Shown: positions 1 through 9,603 of the stretch, one piece after another
Position numbering within the stretch: the stretch's first letter is position 1
Layout of the letters: each line of letters starts with the position of its first letter
Origin: an uncultured bacterium
GTDB lineage: Bacteria > SAR324 > NAC60-12
Reading direction: 5' to 3'
NCBI GenBank assembly: GCA_965662845.1
Contig: CBFIJD010000006.1
Coordinates: forward strand, 42,641 to 106,640
DNA: 64,000 nucleotides
Program-made: the position numbers and the translations under genes
Notes under the pieces: model-generated
The model's database searches: none
The model's input: only the letters and a program-made list of their open reading frames with translations
Told to the model about the DNA's origin: nothing

Positions 1-2
1 AC

Positions 3-791
3 TTGCTCTTTGAGGGGCTCTTTCGACAGTACGGCTACGACTTTCGAGATTATTCGCAAGATTCGATGTGGCGCCGCATCGCTCATCGTTGTCAGCTGTG
101 GAAACTGCCGAACGTCTCTGCGCTGACACATCTTGTGCTGCACAATCGCGAAGCCTTCGCCGTGTTGATCAATGAACTCACGACCAACGTCAGCGAAATG
201 TTTCGCAATCCAGCTTTTTTTCTGGCGCTGCGCCACAAGGTGCTCCCTTATCTCGCCAGCTTTCCGCACATCCGTTGCTGGGTCGCAGGCTGCGCAAACG
301 GAGAAGAAGCCTACTCGCTCGCGATTCTGTTGCAAGAGCTGGGAATCTATAATCGTGCTCAGATTTATGCGACAGATTTAGATGTAGTGGCGCTGCAGCG
401 GGCTCGCGATGGCATCTATCCGGTCAGCGTGGCGCCAACGTTCACACACAACTATCAACAAGCGGGGGGCACTCAGCCCTTCAGCGACTATTACCGCTCT
501 CGATACGATAGCGTCATCATGGACGAGAGCCTGAAGAAGAACATTTTGTTCTCCCAGCACAACTTGGTCACAGATGGAGATTTCAACGAAATGCATCTCA
601 TCACTTGCCGCAATGTGCTAATTTATTTTCGACCTGAGCTGCAAAGTCGTGTTTTGTGGCTCTTTTATCAGAGCTTGTTCCGGCAAGGGGTGCTGGCTTT
701 GGGCTCGCATGAGTCGCTACAGTTTCAACCGCAATCCTCATATTTTGAATCATGGTTTTCACAGGAAAAAATCTATCGGAAGATCCGCTGA
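3..791 (+). CDS. cheR: CheR-type protein-glutamate O-methyltransferase (5' truncated by window edge)
   Basis: [48 protein letters not shown] and LGSHESL motifs. Confidence 0.93.
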   Translation: MLFEGLFRQYGYDFRDYSQDSMWRRIAHRCQLWKLPNVSALTHLVLHNREAFAVLINELTTNVSEMFRNPAFFLALRHKVLPYLASFPHIRCWVAGCANGEEAYSLAILLQELGIYNRAQIYATDLDVVALQRARDGIYPVSVAPTFTHNYQQAGGTQPFSDYYRSRYDSVIMDESLKKNILFSQHNLVTDGDFNEMHLITCRNVLIYFRPELQSRVLWLFYQSLFRQGVLALGSHESLQFQPQSSYFESWFSQEKIYRKIR

Positions 792-2683
792 GTCAGATTC
801 CCAAAATCTTACTCGTGGATGATCGCGAAGAGAACTTAGTCGCGCTGGAGGCCTTGCTCGAAGATGTGCCGATCAAACGAGTGATGGCTCGCGATGGCAA
901 CGAAGCGCTGAAAGTCGCCTATCGCCACAACATCATCCTCATTTTGATGGATGTACACATGCCTGGCATGAGCGGCTTTGAGACCGCCTCCGTGTTGCGC
1001 TCTGTCGAAAAAACGCGCTACACGCCCATCATTTTTGTGACGGCTTCACAGCCTGACCAACAAGAAGTCTTTGAGGGCTACCGCACCGGCGCGGTGGACT
1101 ATCTGTACAAGCCTATCGACGCCCACGTTTTATTGAGCAAAGTCAACGTCTTCATTGACTTACAGACGCAACGCCAAGAGGTGCAGCGCCTCAACCAGCA
1201 GCTGAGCCAAACGGTCATTCAGCTCAATGAAGCTCGTGAACAAGCCGAGCAAGCCAGCCGCGCCAAGACCTCTTTCCTCTCTGCGATGAGCCACGAGATC
1301 CGCACACCATTGAACGCGATCATTGGCATGACCGGCATTCTCTCCGAAAAGCTGGAAGGCGAACCTCACGAGCAAGCCCAGATCATTCAACGCGCTGGAC
1401 GCTCGCTGGGGCACCTGCTCGACAACATCCTAGACCTCTCTCGCATCGAAGCGGGCCGCATGCAGCTCTATGAGACGGTGTTCCATCTGCCGCAGCTGGT
1501 CCAAGACGTCACGAACATGATGGAGCCGCAAGCGCGCGGCAAAAACTTGCAGCTGCGCCTTGACGTAGACGAGCGGATTCATCCGTGGCTCCGTGGCGAT
1601 CAGGTCCGCTTGCGGCAGGTCTTGGTGAACCTCACCAACAACGCGCTCAAGTTCACGGCCAAAGGGCATGTGCTGCTCAAGCTGGAGCACATGGATATTG
1701 ACGATCAGCTGGAGCACATCCGCTTCTCGGTCTCTGATTCAGGGGTCGGTATTCCCAAAGACAAGCAGCACTTGATCTTCCGAGAGTTCATGCAGGCGAA
1801 CTACGATCATGCGCATCTCGGTGGGGTCGGTCTGGGGCTCGCGCTGTGTCAGCAGTTTGTCCAGATGATGGGCAGCAGCCTGCAGCTGCAGAGCGAACAA
1901 AACAACGGCAGCGAGTTCTCGTTTGTGCTCTCCCTGCGCCGTGAAGAGCGCCCCAGCGATGTGGAGCCGATGCCGGCCAACGCCCTCCTGCACAAGCTCA
2001 AAGGCATCCAGGTGTTGTTGGCCGAAGACGCGGTCGATAACCAGAAAGTCTTTGGCCACTTTCTGGAGCAAGTCGGCTCCATTGTCACGATTGTCAGCAA
2101 CGGAGAAAAAGCCGCCGCCGCATGGCAAGCCCAAGAGTACGACTTGTTCTTGGTAGATCTGCAAATGCCGATTCTGGACGGCTATGAAGCGGTTCAGCGC
2201 TTGCGCCGGTGGGAACGCGACAACAGCCGGCGGCACCTCCCAACCATCGCTCTGACCGCGTTCTCGGTCCAGTCCGATTTGGACCGCGCGCTGAGCGTCG
2301 GATGTGATAGCTATCTCACCAAACCACTTGATCCAGAAGACTTGTATCGCGAGATGCTGCATCAGCTGAATCGCTCTCGAAATGGCGACCAACCGGTGCG
2401 CTATCACGTCACCGTCTCACAGAGCCTGAAAGAGATCATCCCGCACATCATGGAGGCCAAACAGGCGCAATCGGAAGAGCTGAGCCGCTCTCTGATGATG
2501 CGAGACATCTACACCGTGCGCTCGCTGCTGCATCGCCTCAAAGGCACCCACGGCCTCACCCCCATCAACCTGATTGCCGATCGCATCGAAGACGCCGCAG
2601 AACAAAGCGACTGGAACCGGCTGGAGGGGCTCGCCAAAGAGCTGCGCAACTGCCTTGACAACTTAGAGATCCACTACCGATGA
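752..2683 (+). CDS. Hybrid sensor histidine kinase REC-HisKA-HATPase-REC-HPt (real start possibly the CTG at 788, overlapping the cheR stop)
   Basis: ILLVDD/LMDVHMP receiver, [10 protein letters not shown]-box, NALKFT, DSGVGI and GLGL boxes, second receiver LLAED/VDLQMP/LTKP, C-terminal HRLKG HPt motif. Confidence 0.92.
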   Translation: MVFTGKNLSEDPLSQIPKILLVDDREENLVALEALLEDVPIKRVMARDGNEALKVAYRHNIILILMDVHMPGMSGFETASVLRSVEKTRYTPIIFVTASQPDQQEVFEGYRTGAVDYLYKPIDAHVLLSKVNVFIDLQTQRQEVQRLNQQLSQTVIQLNEAREQAEQASRAKTSFLSAMSHEIRTPLNAIIGMTGILSEKLEGEPHEQAQIIQRAGRSLGHLLDNILDLSRIEAGRMQLYETVFHLPQLVQDVTNMMEPQARGKNLQLRLDVDERIHPWLRGDQVRLRQVLVNLTNNALKFTAKGHVLLKLEHMDIDDQLEHIRFSVSDSGVGIPKDKQHLIFREFMQANYDHAHLGGVGLGLALCQQFVQMMGSSLQLQSEQNNGSEFSFVLSLRREERPSDVEPMPANALLHKLKGIQVLLAEDAVDNQKVFGHFLEQVGSIVTIVSNGEKAAAAWQAQEYDLFLVDLQMPILDGYEAVQRLRRWERDNSRRHLPTIALTAFSVQSDLDRALSVGCDSYLTKPLDPEDLYREMLHQLNRSRNGDQPVRYHVTVSQSLKEIIPHIMEAKQAQSEELSRSLMMRDIYTVRSLLHRLKGTHGLTPINLIADRIEDAAEQSDWNRLEGLAKELRNCLDNLEIHYR

Positions 2684-2779
2684 AACCGTCGCCTCACCCC
2701 CTTTCCTCGCTGCGCCTCGCGGAAGCCTACCCACGCGATGGAGCGCAGCCTCTCCCGCCAACTTTTCCCAAGGAGCACC

Positions 2780-3133
2780 ATGTCCAAAGTCATTGACTGG
2801 GGATACGTTCGTAACAGCTGAACGACCTGCAAACGAGCGCAAGAGTTTCTTGACGCAAATCAAATTTCTGTCACCGAAACCACCAACGCCAGCAAAGAGC
2901 GCTTCGACGCCGAGGCTGTGTGGGCGTTCCTCCAAAGCGCCCAACGCGTCTTTGTGGCCAAAGGGAAAACGTGGCAAGAATGGCGACCCAATCGCGACGA
3001 AAAAGCCGCAATCCTCAAGGGAGTGATGGGCCCAAGCGGGAACCTGCGTGCTCCAACATGGCGCCTTGGAGCTGACTTTTTGGTCGGCTTTCATGAAGGA
3101 CTCTATACCGAGATCTTCACGCCTTCCGCCTGA
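2780..3133 (+). CDS. ArsC/Spx-like thioredoxin-fold selenoprotein, 117 aa, Sec at codon 14 (UGA 2819-2821)
   Basis: AAGGAG RBS then ATG 2780. Reads MSKVIDWGYVRNS-UGA-TTCKRAQEFL in frame with the track ORF 2918..3133, which carries the ArsC-like GPSGNLRAPT...FLVGF. UxxC motif and a downstream hairpin. Confidence 0.85.
2837..2856 (+). promoter_or_regulatory. Putative bacterial SECIS element
   Basis: GCGCAAGA-GTT-TCTTG(A)CGC stem-loop with a G-initiated apical loop 23 nt after the UGA. Confidence 0.7.
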
Positions 3134-3201
3134 AATCTGCTTGATCCATCGTGCGAGATTGGGCATCATCGCGCCTTTTTTCGCACGCACCAAGGCCTTC
3201 C

Positions 3202-4236
3202 ATGACCCAAAAAATCCAACTTGCCATCATTGGAGCGGCTGGCCTCTCGGGCCTTGAGCTGCTCACGTGGCTCCAGCGTCACCCTTACGCCGAAGTTTGC
3301 CACGTCACCTCCGACCGTTACGCAGGCACGCCCGTGGGCCACTTGCTGGCCTCGTATCGCAACACCGACCTAACCTTCCGCACACACGACGTCGACGTCT
3401 CTAATTGCGACGTTGTCTTTCTCGCCGTTCCGAACCAAGCGAGCATGGAGTGGGTTCCTAAGCTGCGAGAACAGGGGCTCCGCGTGATCGACCTCTCGGG
3501 GATGTTTCGCCTGCAGACGCCGGAGCGCACCGCCGCCTTTTATGGAGACCTGCGTCCAGACCTTCGCTGGTTTGAGGAGGCAGTCTTTGGTTTGTCAGAA
3601 GTCTTTGCAGAAGACATCTCCGATGCCCAGTTGCTCGCCAATCCGGGCTGCTATCCCACAGGAGCGTTGCTCGCCTTGTTGCCCCTGGGAGAGTGGCTGC
3701 TGCAATTAGAGCGGGCGCCCATCATCGACGCGAAGTCAGGAGTGAGCGGGGCCGGTGGAAGAGTCGAGAACGCCACCACCAACTATGTGGATGTGAACGA
3801 AAATCTGAAGCCGTACAAAATCTTCCACCACCAGCATCGGCCTGAAATTCAACTCTATTTAGCGGATGCGGGCTACACAGAAGAAGCGCTGGGCGACGTG
3901 ATCTTCACCCCGCACTTGCTGCCCGTCAATCGCGGTATTCTGAGCACGATTTATCTACGCTTCAAGGAGCCCGTCAGCGCAGAGACGTTGCGCGAAAAAT
4001 ACACGCAATTTTGCGCAGGGAAGGCCTTCGTGCATTTGCTAGAGAGCGGTCAAACCCCCGACTTGAACGCCGTCGCACATAGCAACCACTGTGTGATGAA
4101 TCTGTTTGGTAGCGAAAATGGGCAGGATTGGATCGTGGTGAGCGCGATCGACAACCTCGTCAAAGGCGCGGCAGGACAGGCCTTGCAGAATATGAACTTG
4201 ATGTTTGGCGTCCCCGAAACGACCGGCTTGCTCTAA
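3202..4236 (+). CDS. argC: N-acetyl-gamma-glutamyl-phosphate reductase
   Basis: AIIGAAGLSG Rossmann fold, IDLSG, ANPGCYPT, KSGVSGAG, DNLVKGAAGQALQNMN. Confidence 0.97.
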   Translation: MTQKIQLAIIGAAGLSGLELLTWLQRHPYAEVCHVTSDRYAGTPVGHLLASYRNTDLTFRTHDVDVSNCDVVFLAVPNQASMEWVPKLREQGLRVIDLSGMFRLQTPERTAAFYGDLRPDLRWFEEAVFGLSEVFAEDISDAQLLANPGCYPTGALLALLPLGEWLLQLERAPIIDAKSGVSGAGGRVENATTNYVDVNENLKPYKIFHHQHRPEIQLYLADAGYTEEALGDVIFTPHLLPVNRGILSTIYLRFKEPVSAETLREKYTQFCAGKAFVHLLESGQTPDLNAVAHSNHCVMNLFGSENGQDWIVVSAIDNLVKGAAGQALQNMNLMFGVPETTGLL

Positions 4237-4237
4237 T

Positions 4238-5134
4238 TTACGACATTTGGCGCCGGTCAGGGCCGTGCATTTCCTCGAAGTAGCACATCTCCTTGAGGCG
4301 CGAGTAAATCCGATCGCCCACGCGCTTGCTGATGGTGTCGCGGAGAAACTGCTCTTCGTCGCTTCGATCCTTGGAGAGCACGCGCTCTTTGAGGGTGTTC
4401 TCTTCTTCTTCGGTGTAGTTGGTCGTGACCATGATCAGCTGGTCTCGATTATAGCGCTCCGAAATCAACGTATCGAGAATGCCGAGCTCCCAAGGCGTGT
4501 TGCGCCCCTTGCCCATGTCGTCAATGATGAGGACATCGGCTTCGAGGTGCGGGGCAATGATCTCCATGTCTGACTTGTTGTCTGAGTAACCTTGCCGAAT
4601 TTCAGAGAGGAGCTCCGAGAAGCCTTGGAAGACGCAAGAGATCCCGTGGGTGATCGTGCATTGGTAGGCGAATCCGGTCAGGAGGTGCGTTTTCCCGGTT
4701 CCGGGTGGCCCCATCAGCACCATTCCTCGCAGCTCGCTAGCTTCTTGGTTTTGTTCGCGGCGACCACGCAGATAGGCCGGCAAGTTCCGGTGTGTCGTGT
4801 CGAGCAGACCAAAAATCGGCCCATTGTGACTGTCGAGATCGCTCTCTTGCAGACGACTCTGCAGATAGCGCTTTGGAACACGAGCCCGGTTATACAAGCT
4901 GGCTCGCTGCTTGCGCCCCACACAATCTGGACAGCTCACGGCGACGTCTCTGCGATACTTATCTTGGCGCAACACAAAGTCGGTCCCACCACAGGTGCGA
5001 CACGGCGTGGGGAAGCACTCGCACAATCGAGCTTGGGCATAGCGCTCCCCAGAGAAAGCCTCAATCAGTACATGCGTGCCGTGACAGCGCTCGCAAGGAG
5101 CGTTTTGCACAAGCGGTGCGGTTTTCTTTTTCAT
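4238..5134 (-). CDS. DnaC/IstB-like AAA+ ATPase with N-terminal Cys-rich Zn-binding region
   Basis: Several CxxC pairs, Walker A GPPGTGKT, Walker B LIIDDMG, ERY...VTTN, RIYSRL. Confidence 0.85.
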   Translation of the reverse strand: MKKKTAPLVQNAPCERCHGTHVLIEAFSGERYAQARLCECFPTPCRTCGGTDFVLRQDKYRRDVAVSCPDCVGRKQRASLYNRARVPKRYLQSRLQESDLDSHNGPIFGLLDTTHRNLPAYLRGRREQNQEASELRGMVLMGPPGTGKTHLLTGFAYQCTITHGISCVFQGFSELLSEIRQGYSDNKSDMEIIAPHLEADVLIIDDMGKGRNTPWELGILDTLISERYNRDQLIMVTTNYTEEEENTLKERVLSKDRSDEEQFLRDTISKRVGDRIYSRLKEMCYFEEMHGPDRRQMS

Positions 5135-5153
5135 AGTTCACTTAGGAAAGTTC

Positions 5154-6185
5154 ATGTCAATGCCTGCTTCCAACGACCTGCTGCTGCGGGTCTTCCGTGG
5201 TGAAACCGTCGCGCGCGTCCCCGTTTGGATGATGCGCCAAGCCGGACGCACCGACCCTGCATACCGAGCGCTGCGCCAAGCCGACGGACGCCCTTTAGAA
5301 GAACTGTTCGCTGACGCCGAGCAATCGATCCGTGTGTCGTTGCTGCCCAAGCGCTTGGGTGTCGACGCGATCATTATGTTTCAAGACATCCTCACCCCGC
5401 TCTCCCCGATGGGCGCTCCTTTCCAATTCCAGCCTGGGCCCACCCTCCCTGAGCCGATCCGGACTCTCGCTCAAGTCGAAGCGCTACGGCTGCCCGATCC
5501 GCTCAAAGACCTCAGCCACGTTGGGGACGTGTTGCGCGGCATTCATCACGAATTGAACGGAGAATTGCCCGTTTTGGGATTCGCAGGCGCGCCTGTTACG
5601 CTGGCTTTCTTCATGATCGCAGGAGGCTCGCCACACAAGCAACGCGATGAGGTCTTACGCTTCTTCATGGAACAACCCAAAGTCGCCGAGGCGCTGCTCG
5701 ACAAGCTCACACAAATGACGATTGACTACTTGAATTACCAACTCGCTGAGGGCGCCCAAGCCGTGCAACTGTTTGAGTCCTTTGCCGACGAGCTTGCCCC
5801 AGAATTGTACGAGCGCTGGGCGCTGCCCACGCAACAACGAGTCTTTGCCGGGCTGCCGTCGGAGGCCAACACGCTGTTATTCGCCAAGGAGTGTCATTAT
5901 TTAGATTGGATGGCGCAGAGCGGCGCGAAAGGCTTGAGCGTGGGGACGTGCGTCGACTTGCGCGAGGCGAAAGCACAGCACCCTAACTTGATTTGGCAAG
6001 GCAATGTCAACAATCGCTTGTTGATTGATGGAACCCCTGAAGAGATCACGCACGCCACTCAACAATGCCTCGAGTCCACAGGAGGGCAGAACCACATTCT
6101 CAATCTCAGCCATGGGCTCCTCGCCGAGACGCCTTTTGAGAATGTGAAGCACTTCGTCGCCGCCGCCAAGGCCCTGCAAAACTAA
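5154..6185 (+). CDS. hemE: Uroporphyrinogen decarboxylase
   Basis: PVWMMRQAGR, DAIIMFQDIL, GFAGAP, QLFES, ILNLSHG. Confidence 0.96.
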   Translation: MSMPASNDLLLRVFRGETVARVPVWMMRQAGRTDPAYRALRQADGRPLEELFADAEQSIRVSLLPKRLGVDAIIMFQDILTPLSPMGAPFQFQPGPTLPEPIRTLAQVEALRLPDPLKDLSHVGDVLRGIHHELNGELPVLGFAGAPVTLAFFMIAGGSPHKQRDEVLRFFMEQPKVAEALLDKLTQMTIDYLNYQLAEGAQAVQLFESFADELAPELYERWALPTQQRVFAGLPSEANTLLFAKECHYLDWMAQSGAKGLSVGTCVDLREAKAQHPNLIWQGNVNNRLLIDGTPEEITHATQQCLESTGGQNHILNLSHGLLAETPFENVKHFVAAAKALQN

Positions 6186-6192
6186 GCGAGCT

Positions 6193-6717
6193 TCAGCCCG
6201 CGCTTTGTGCGGGTCTCGCGAGATCCGTCTCTACCTTACGGGGCAACTCTTCTACAAACCGCGCCTGCCACACCTGCCACAGCTCGCTCACCGTCTGCTG
6301 CGACAGAGCATGCGTCCACTCTGGATTGAGTTCTAACAGCGGCAGCAACACAAAGCTCCGATTTTGCAGCTCAGGATGTGGAATCGTCAGCCGCTGGGAG
6401 TTCATGTGACGCGCTCCATACGAGAGCAAGTCAATGTCAATGATGCGGGGTCCCCAGTGCTCCCAACGCACCCGCCCAAGCTGCTTTTCAATGCGCAAGC
6501 AAGCCGCAAGGAGCTGTTCAGGAGCAAGCCTCGTGGTGCCGGCTACGACCTGATTGTAGTACAGCGGTTGCTGCATGTTCGCGAGCGGCGTGCTCTCGTA
6601 AATTGATGACTCCTGAAACTCTTGCAGCGGCAGGCGCTGCAACGCTTCCCGCGCCTGTCGCAGATAGTTTGCACGATCACCGAGGTTGCTCCCGAGTCCC
6701 AAATAAACCCTCTCCAT
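6193..6717 (-). CDS. folK: 2-amino-4-hydroxy-6-hydroxymethyldihydropteridine diphosphokinase
   Basis: YLGLGSNLGD, WGPRIIDIDLL, IPHP...RSFVLLPL. Confidence 0.96.
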   Translation of the reverse strand: MERVYLGLGSNLGDRANYLRQAREALQRLPLQEFQESSIYESTPLANMQQPLYYNQVVAGTTRLAPEQLLAACLRIEKQLGRVRWEHWGPRIIDIDLLSYGARHMNSQRLTIPHPELQNRSFVLLPLLELNPEWTHALSQQTVSELWQVWQARFVEELPRKVETDLARPAQSAG

Positions 6718-6819
6718 GCCGCGCCTGCTCCTTCTTCTGCGTTGACAAAAAGCGCACAACTATAGAGACGCCCCCATCAAACAACAAGCATAGATTTGAG
6801 GGTTTTGCGCAGCGTTTTT

Positions 6820-6863
6820 CTTCACAAACTCTTCATATTTTCTTCCAAATTCCTCCACATTTG
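6820..6863 (+). promoter_or_regulatory. Four 11-bp phased direct repeats, probable OmpR-family response regulator sites upstream of spy/cpxP
   Basis: CTTCACAAACT / CTTCATATTTT / CTTCCAAATTC / CTCCACATTTG in tandem. Confidence 0.55.
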
Positions 6864-6938
6864 CCGTTTATTCTCTGACTCATCAGACGAGGCAAGACCT
6901 CGCTACTATTCACTCTCACACAATCATGAGGAGGATCT

Positions 6939-7481
6939 ATGAGAACGAGAACTTGGCACAAAGCCCTCATCGCGGGGCTGCTTGCGGCTGGAATGGTTGG
7001 AACCGGAGCCATCGCTCAAGAAACGATGACAGCCGGTGATCGCTACGGCTGGGCCATGCAAACGCACGCAGGAGAACGCGGAGAATACCGACATCACGGC
7101 AGACGCGGCGGCAAGCACATGCGCTCTGAAATGAGGTCTCCCGCTCAAGGGGCGCTGCGACATCAAGCAGACCTCAAACTCACAGACGAGCAGATTGACA
7201 AGCTGGAAGAGAGCGCGAAGCAGACCCGACGCGAACTCGTGCAGCTGCAAGCGGATATCAGAGTGCAACGAATGGATTTGCGCGACGCGACTCAAGAATA
7301 TGACTTCGACCCAGCCCAAGTGCAGCAGCAACAGGCAACAGTGCAATCCCTTCAACAACAGATGGCCCAACTGCGTCTCACCGAGTTGACCACGGTTCGA
7401 GAGACCCTCACCCCAGAGCAGTGGGAGCAGCTCAATGATCTGCGTGGCAACAGCATGCGGATGATGCGACGACATCACTGA
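6939..7481 (+). CDS. Spy/CpxP-family periplasmic chaperone (LTxxQ), His/Met-rich
   Basis: GAGGAGG RBS, signal peptide, LKLTDEQ and TLTPEQ motifs. Confidence 0.85.
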   Translation: MRTRTWHKALIAGLLAAGMVGTGAIAQETMTAGDRYGWAMQTHAGERGEYRHHGRRGGKHMRSEMRSPAQGALRHQADLKLTDEQIDKLEESAKQTRRELVQLQADIRVQRMDLRDATQEYDFDPAQVQQQQATVQSLQQQMAQLRLTELTTVRETLTPEQWEQLNDLRGNSMRMMRRHH

Positions 7482-7696
7482 CCTCGCTCCCGGTTCACAG
7501 GAGGCTGCGCTCCGCCACATCCAAGAGCCGAGCGCGCCTTCTCCTCGACCGTGCAGCCTTCCTTTGCCCCCACGACGTCCATTTTCTGAGGCCCTCCAAA
7601 GGCGCTGCTTACTTTTTTGCACAATGACTGCATTGTCTCCACTGCAAACCATCACACTCAACACTTCAGCACTTTTTACTTCTCAGAGAGACCGCT

Positions 7697-7867
7697 ATGA
7701 ACGCTCAGTTTATGATTCAAGAATGGGATCCACAGTCCAAGGTTTGGGTCGATGTTTCACAGATTCAGAAGCCGGTGACCAAAGGCGAGATGCACGAGCG
7801 CATCACAGAACTCAACCGGCAACATCCAGCCAAGCTCTTTCGCTCTTGCCATTCAGCCAGCTCTTAG
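7697..7867 (+). CDS. Putative small protein, 56 aa (MNAQFMIQEWDPQSKVWVDV...)
   Basis: Manual translation, GAGAG upstream of ATG, fills the gap between spy and phyH, below the ORF-track cutoff. Confidence 0.45.
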   Translation: MNAQFMIQEWDPQSKVWVDVSQIQKPVTKGEMHERITELNRQHPAKLFRSCHSASS

Positions 7868-7908
7868 GGTTTCCCCTTTTGTCTCGCCCGCTCCACTTTG
7901 AGCACTAA

Positions 7909-8742
7909 ATGTCTGCGCTCGCTTTCCAAAGAGATGGCTATCAACTACTCGGGGCCGTCTTCTCGCCACAACAGCTAGAGCAGCTCTGGTGCTCACAAGT
8001 CGCTCCGCTCGATCCCCGTCACAATCGGCGCTTCAAAACGCATCTACTCATTCCCGCCCTGTGCGAGCTTTTGTGTTCTCCAAGCTTGCGGGCTCCGGTT
8101 CAGGCGGCCTTGGGGACGGAAGACCTCCTGATTTGGTCCTCGGATTGGTGCATCAAGCCTGCTCACTCTCATGCTTATTTTAGTTGGCATCAAGACTCGA
8201 CCTACGCCGGCATGGCCAATCCACACCAAGCTCTCACGCTTTGGTTAGCCTTCACTTCAGCGACGGCGGCATCCGGTTGTCTTCAGTTGGTTCCGCGTTC
8301 CCATCGTTGGGGACAGCTGCCCCATGACAGCATCGAGCACGATGAGGACAATTTACTGAGCCGAGCCCAACACATCACTGCGTGGGGCCACGCTTTGGAT
8401 TTTGGCCCTGTCGCGCGCGCAGCAGAGCTGGAGCCAGGAGAAGCCAGCCTGCACTCCTTTCGCACGGTGCACGCCAGCGGTCCCAATTCAACATCGGAAG
8501 CGCGCATTGGGCTCGCCGTCCGCTATTGTTCGGCTCATGTGCAGCGAGAAGCTCACGTTCAAGTGCGGGAATCCGCCCTCCACGTCAGCGGGGATTTGCC
8601 TGCCAACTGCGCCTTTGATTTGGAATCGTTTCCACAGGAATACAACGGCCTGCATGAGCAAGCACAGTGGTCGCAGGCGATGCAGCGCGAAAATGCCAAC
8701 TACTTCGCAGGCAACTCTCTGCGGCAAGAATATCACGCTTGA
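7909..8742 (+). CDS. Phytanoyl-CoA dioxygenase (PhyH) family Fe(II)/2OG dioxygenase
   Basis: WHQD iron motif, GCLQLVPRSH, TVHASGPN...R. Confidence 0.9.
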   Translation: MSALAFQRDGYQLLGAVFSPQQLEQLWCSQVAPLDPRHNRRFKTHLLIPALCELLCSPSLRAPVQAALGTEDLLIWSSDWCIKPAHSHAYFSWHQDSTYAGMANPHQALTLWLAFTSATAASGCLQLVPRSHRWGQLPHDSIEHDEDNLLSRAQHITAWGHALDFGPVARAAELEPGEASLHSFRTVHASGPNSTSEARIGLAVRYCSAHVQREAHVQVRESALHVSGDLPANCAFDLESFPQEYNGLHEQAQWSQAMQRENANYFAGNSLRQEYHA

Positions 8743-8826
8743 GCTAGGCAGAATCGCTGAAAAAACTTTGCAAGTCCCACCTCGACAACTACTATGTTGG
8801 GCTTTTCCCTTCAACACAGCGACCCG

Positions 8827-9075
8827 ATGAAGTTCAAACAAGTTCAAGAACAGTGGGAGATCAACCCGACTCCCTTCATGAGTATTTTCGTGCCTCCCAG
8901 CCAACACGTGCACCAACTCTTCGCCGCGCTCTGCGGAGCGGCGGTTCGTCAAAAAGGCGACACGGCGCGCCTTACGCAGACAGAACTGGAACGTGAGACT
9001 GGGCTAACACAGGAACAGCTGCTTCCCTTGCTCGAACGCCTCGTCCAAGCTGGCGCTGCGCGTAAGATTTCGTAA
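8827..9075 (+). CDS. Small hypothetical protein, possible winged HTH
   Basis: LTQTELERETGLT...LLERLVQAG resembles an HTH; 4 nt upstream of the gamma-CA gene. Confidence 0.55.
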   Translation: MKFKQVQEQWEINPTPFMSIFVPPSQHVHQLFAALCGAAVRQKGDTARLTQTELERETGLTQEQLLPLLERLVQAGAARKIS

Positions 9076-9079
9076 TGGC

Positions 9080-9601
9080 ATGCCCGTTTACGCTTTAGAC
9101 CAGATCACCCCTCAACTTCATGCGTCCGCCTTCCTTGCTCCCGATGCACAGCTAATCGGAAACGTTACGCTCCGCGCCCATGCGTCGGTTTGGTTTGGCA
9201 GTGTCTTGCGCGGAGATTCCGACCAGATTGATGTGGGAGAAGAGAGCAATCTGCAGGATCACACGGTCTGTCATGTGGACCCCGGTTGTCCGCTGACAAT
9301 CGGCGCTCGCGTCACCGTCGGACACCGCTGCATCCTCCATGGCTGCCTGATCGCAGATGACTGCCTCATCGGCATGGGTTCGATTCTGATGAATCAAGTC
9401 CAGATTGGGAGCGGTTCAATTGTCGGCGCAGGGAGCTTACTCACGGAAGGGACTGTTGTTCCGCCCTTTTCTCTCGTACTTGGCTCACCTGCCAAAGTCC
9501 GCAAGACGTATGGGGCGGAGATTCTGCGTTCAATTCGGAAGTCAGCGGAGGGGTATGTGGTCAGAGGGCGACGCTACCAGACAGAGCTGCGTCGCGTGTA
9601 G
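9080..9601 (+). CDS. Gamma-class carbonic anhydrase family (PaaY/YrdA-like)
   Basis: Hexapeptide repeats, VLRGD, SNLQD...CH, TVGH..LHGC zinc His residues. Confidence 0.93.
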   Translation: MPVYALDQITPQLHASAFLAPDAQLIGNVTLRAHASVWFGSVLRGDSDQIDVGEESNLQDHTVCHVDPGCPLTIGARVTVGHRCILHGCLIADDCLIGMGSILMNQVQIGSGSIVGAGSLLTEGTVVPPFSLVLGSPAKVRKTYGAEILRSIRKSAEGYVVRGRRYQTELRRV

Positions 9602-9603
9602 TC

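Noticed and set aside
2819..2821. UGA as a nonsense mutation or as Trp recoding (code 4/25)
   Set aside because: It falls exactly on the redox Cys position with a hairpin behind it, and many other genes here end normally at TGA.
2663..3193. 176-aa minus-strand ORF and 2793..3026 plus-strand ORF
   Set aside because: Shadow frames of the selenoprotein, which has the RBS and family motifs.
4238..5134. IS21 element suggested by the IstB-like ATPase
   Set aside because: No istA transposase or terminal repeats, and no space for them between argC and hemE.
6742..6766. TTGACA...TATAGA promoter
   Set aside because: The spacer is only 13 nt.
6924..7664. 246-aa minus-strand ORF
   Set aside because: Antisense to the Spy/CpxP gene, with no motifs.
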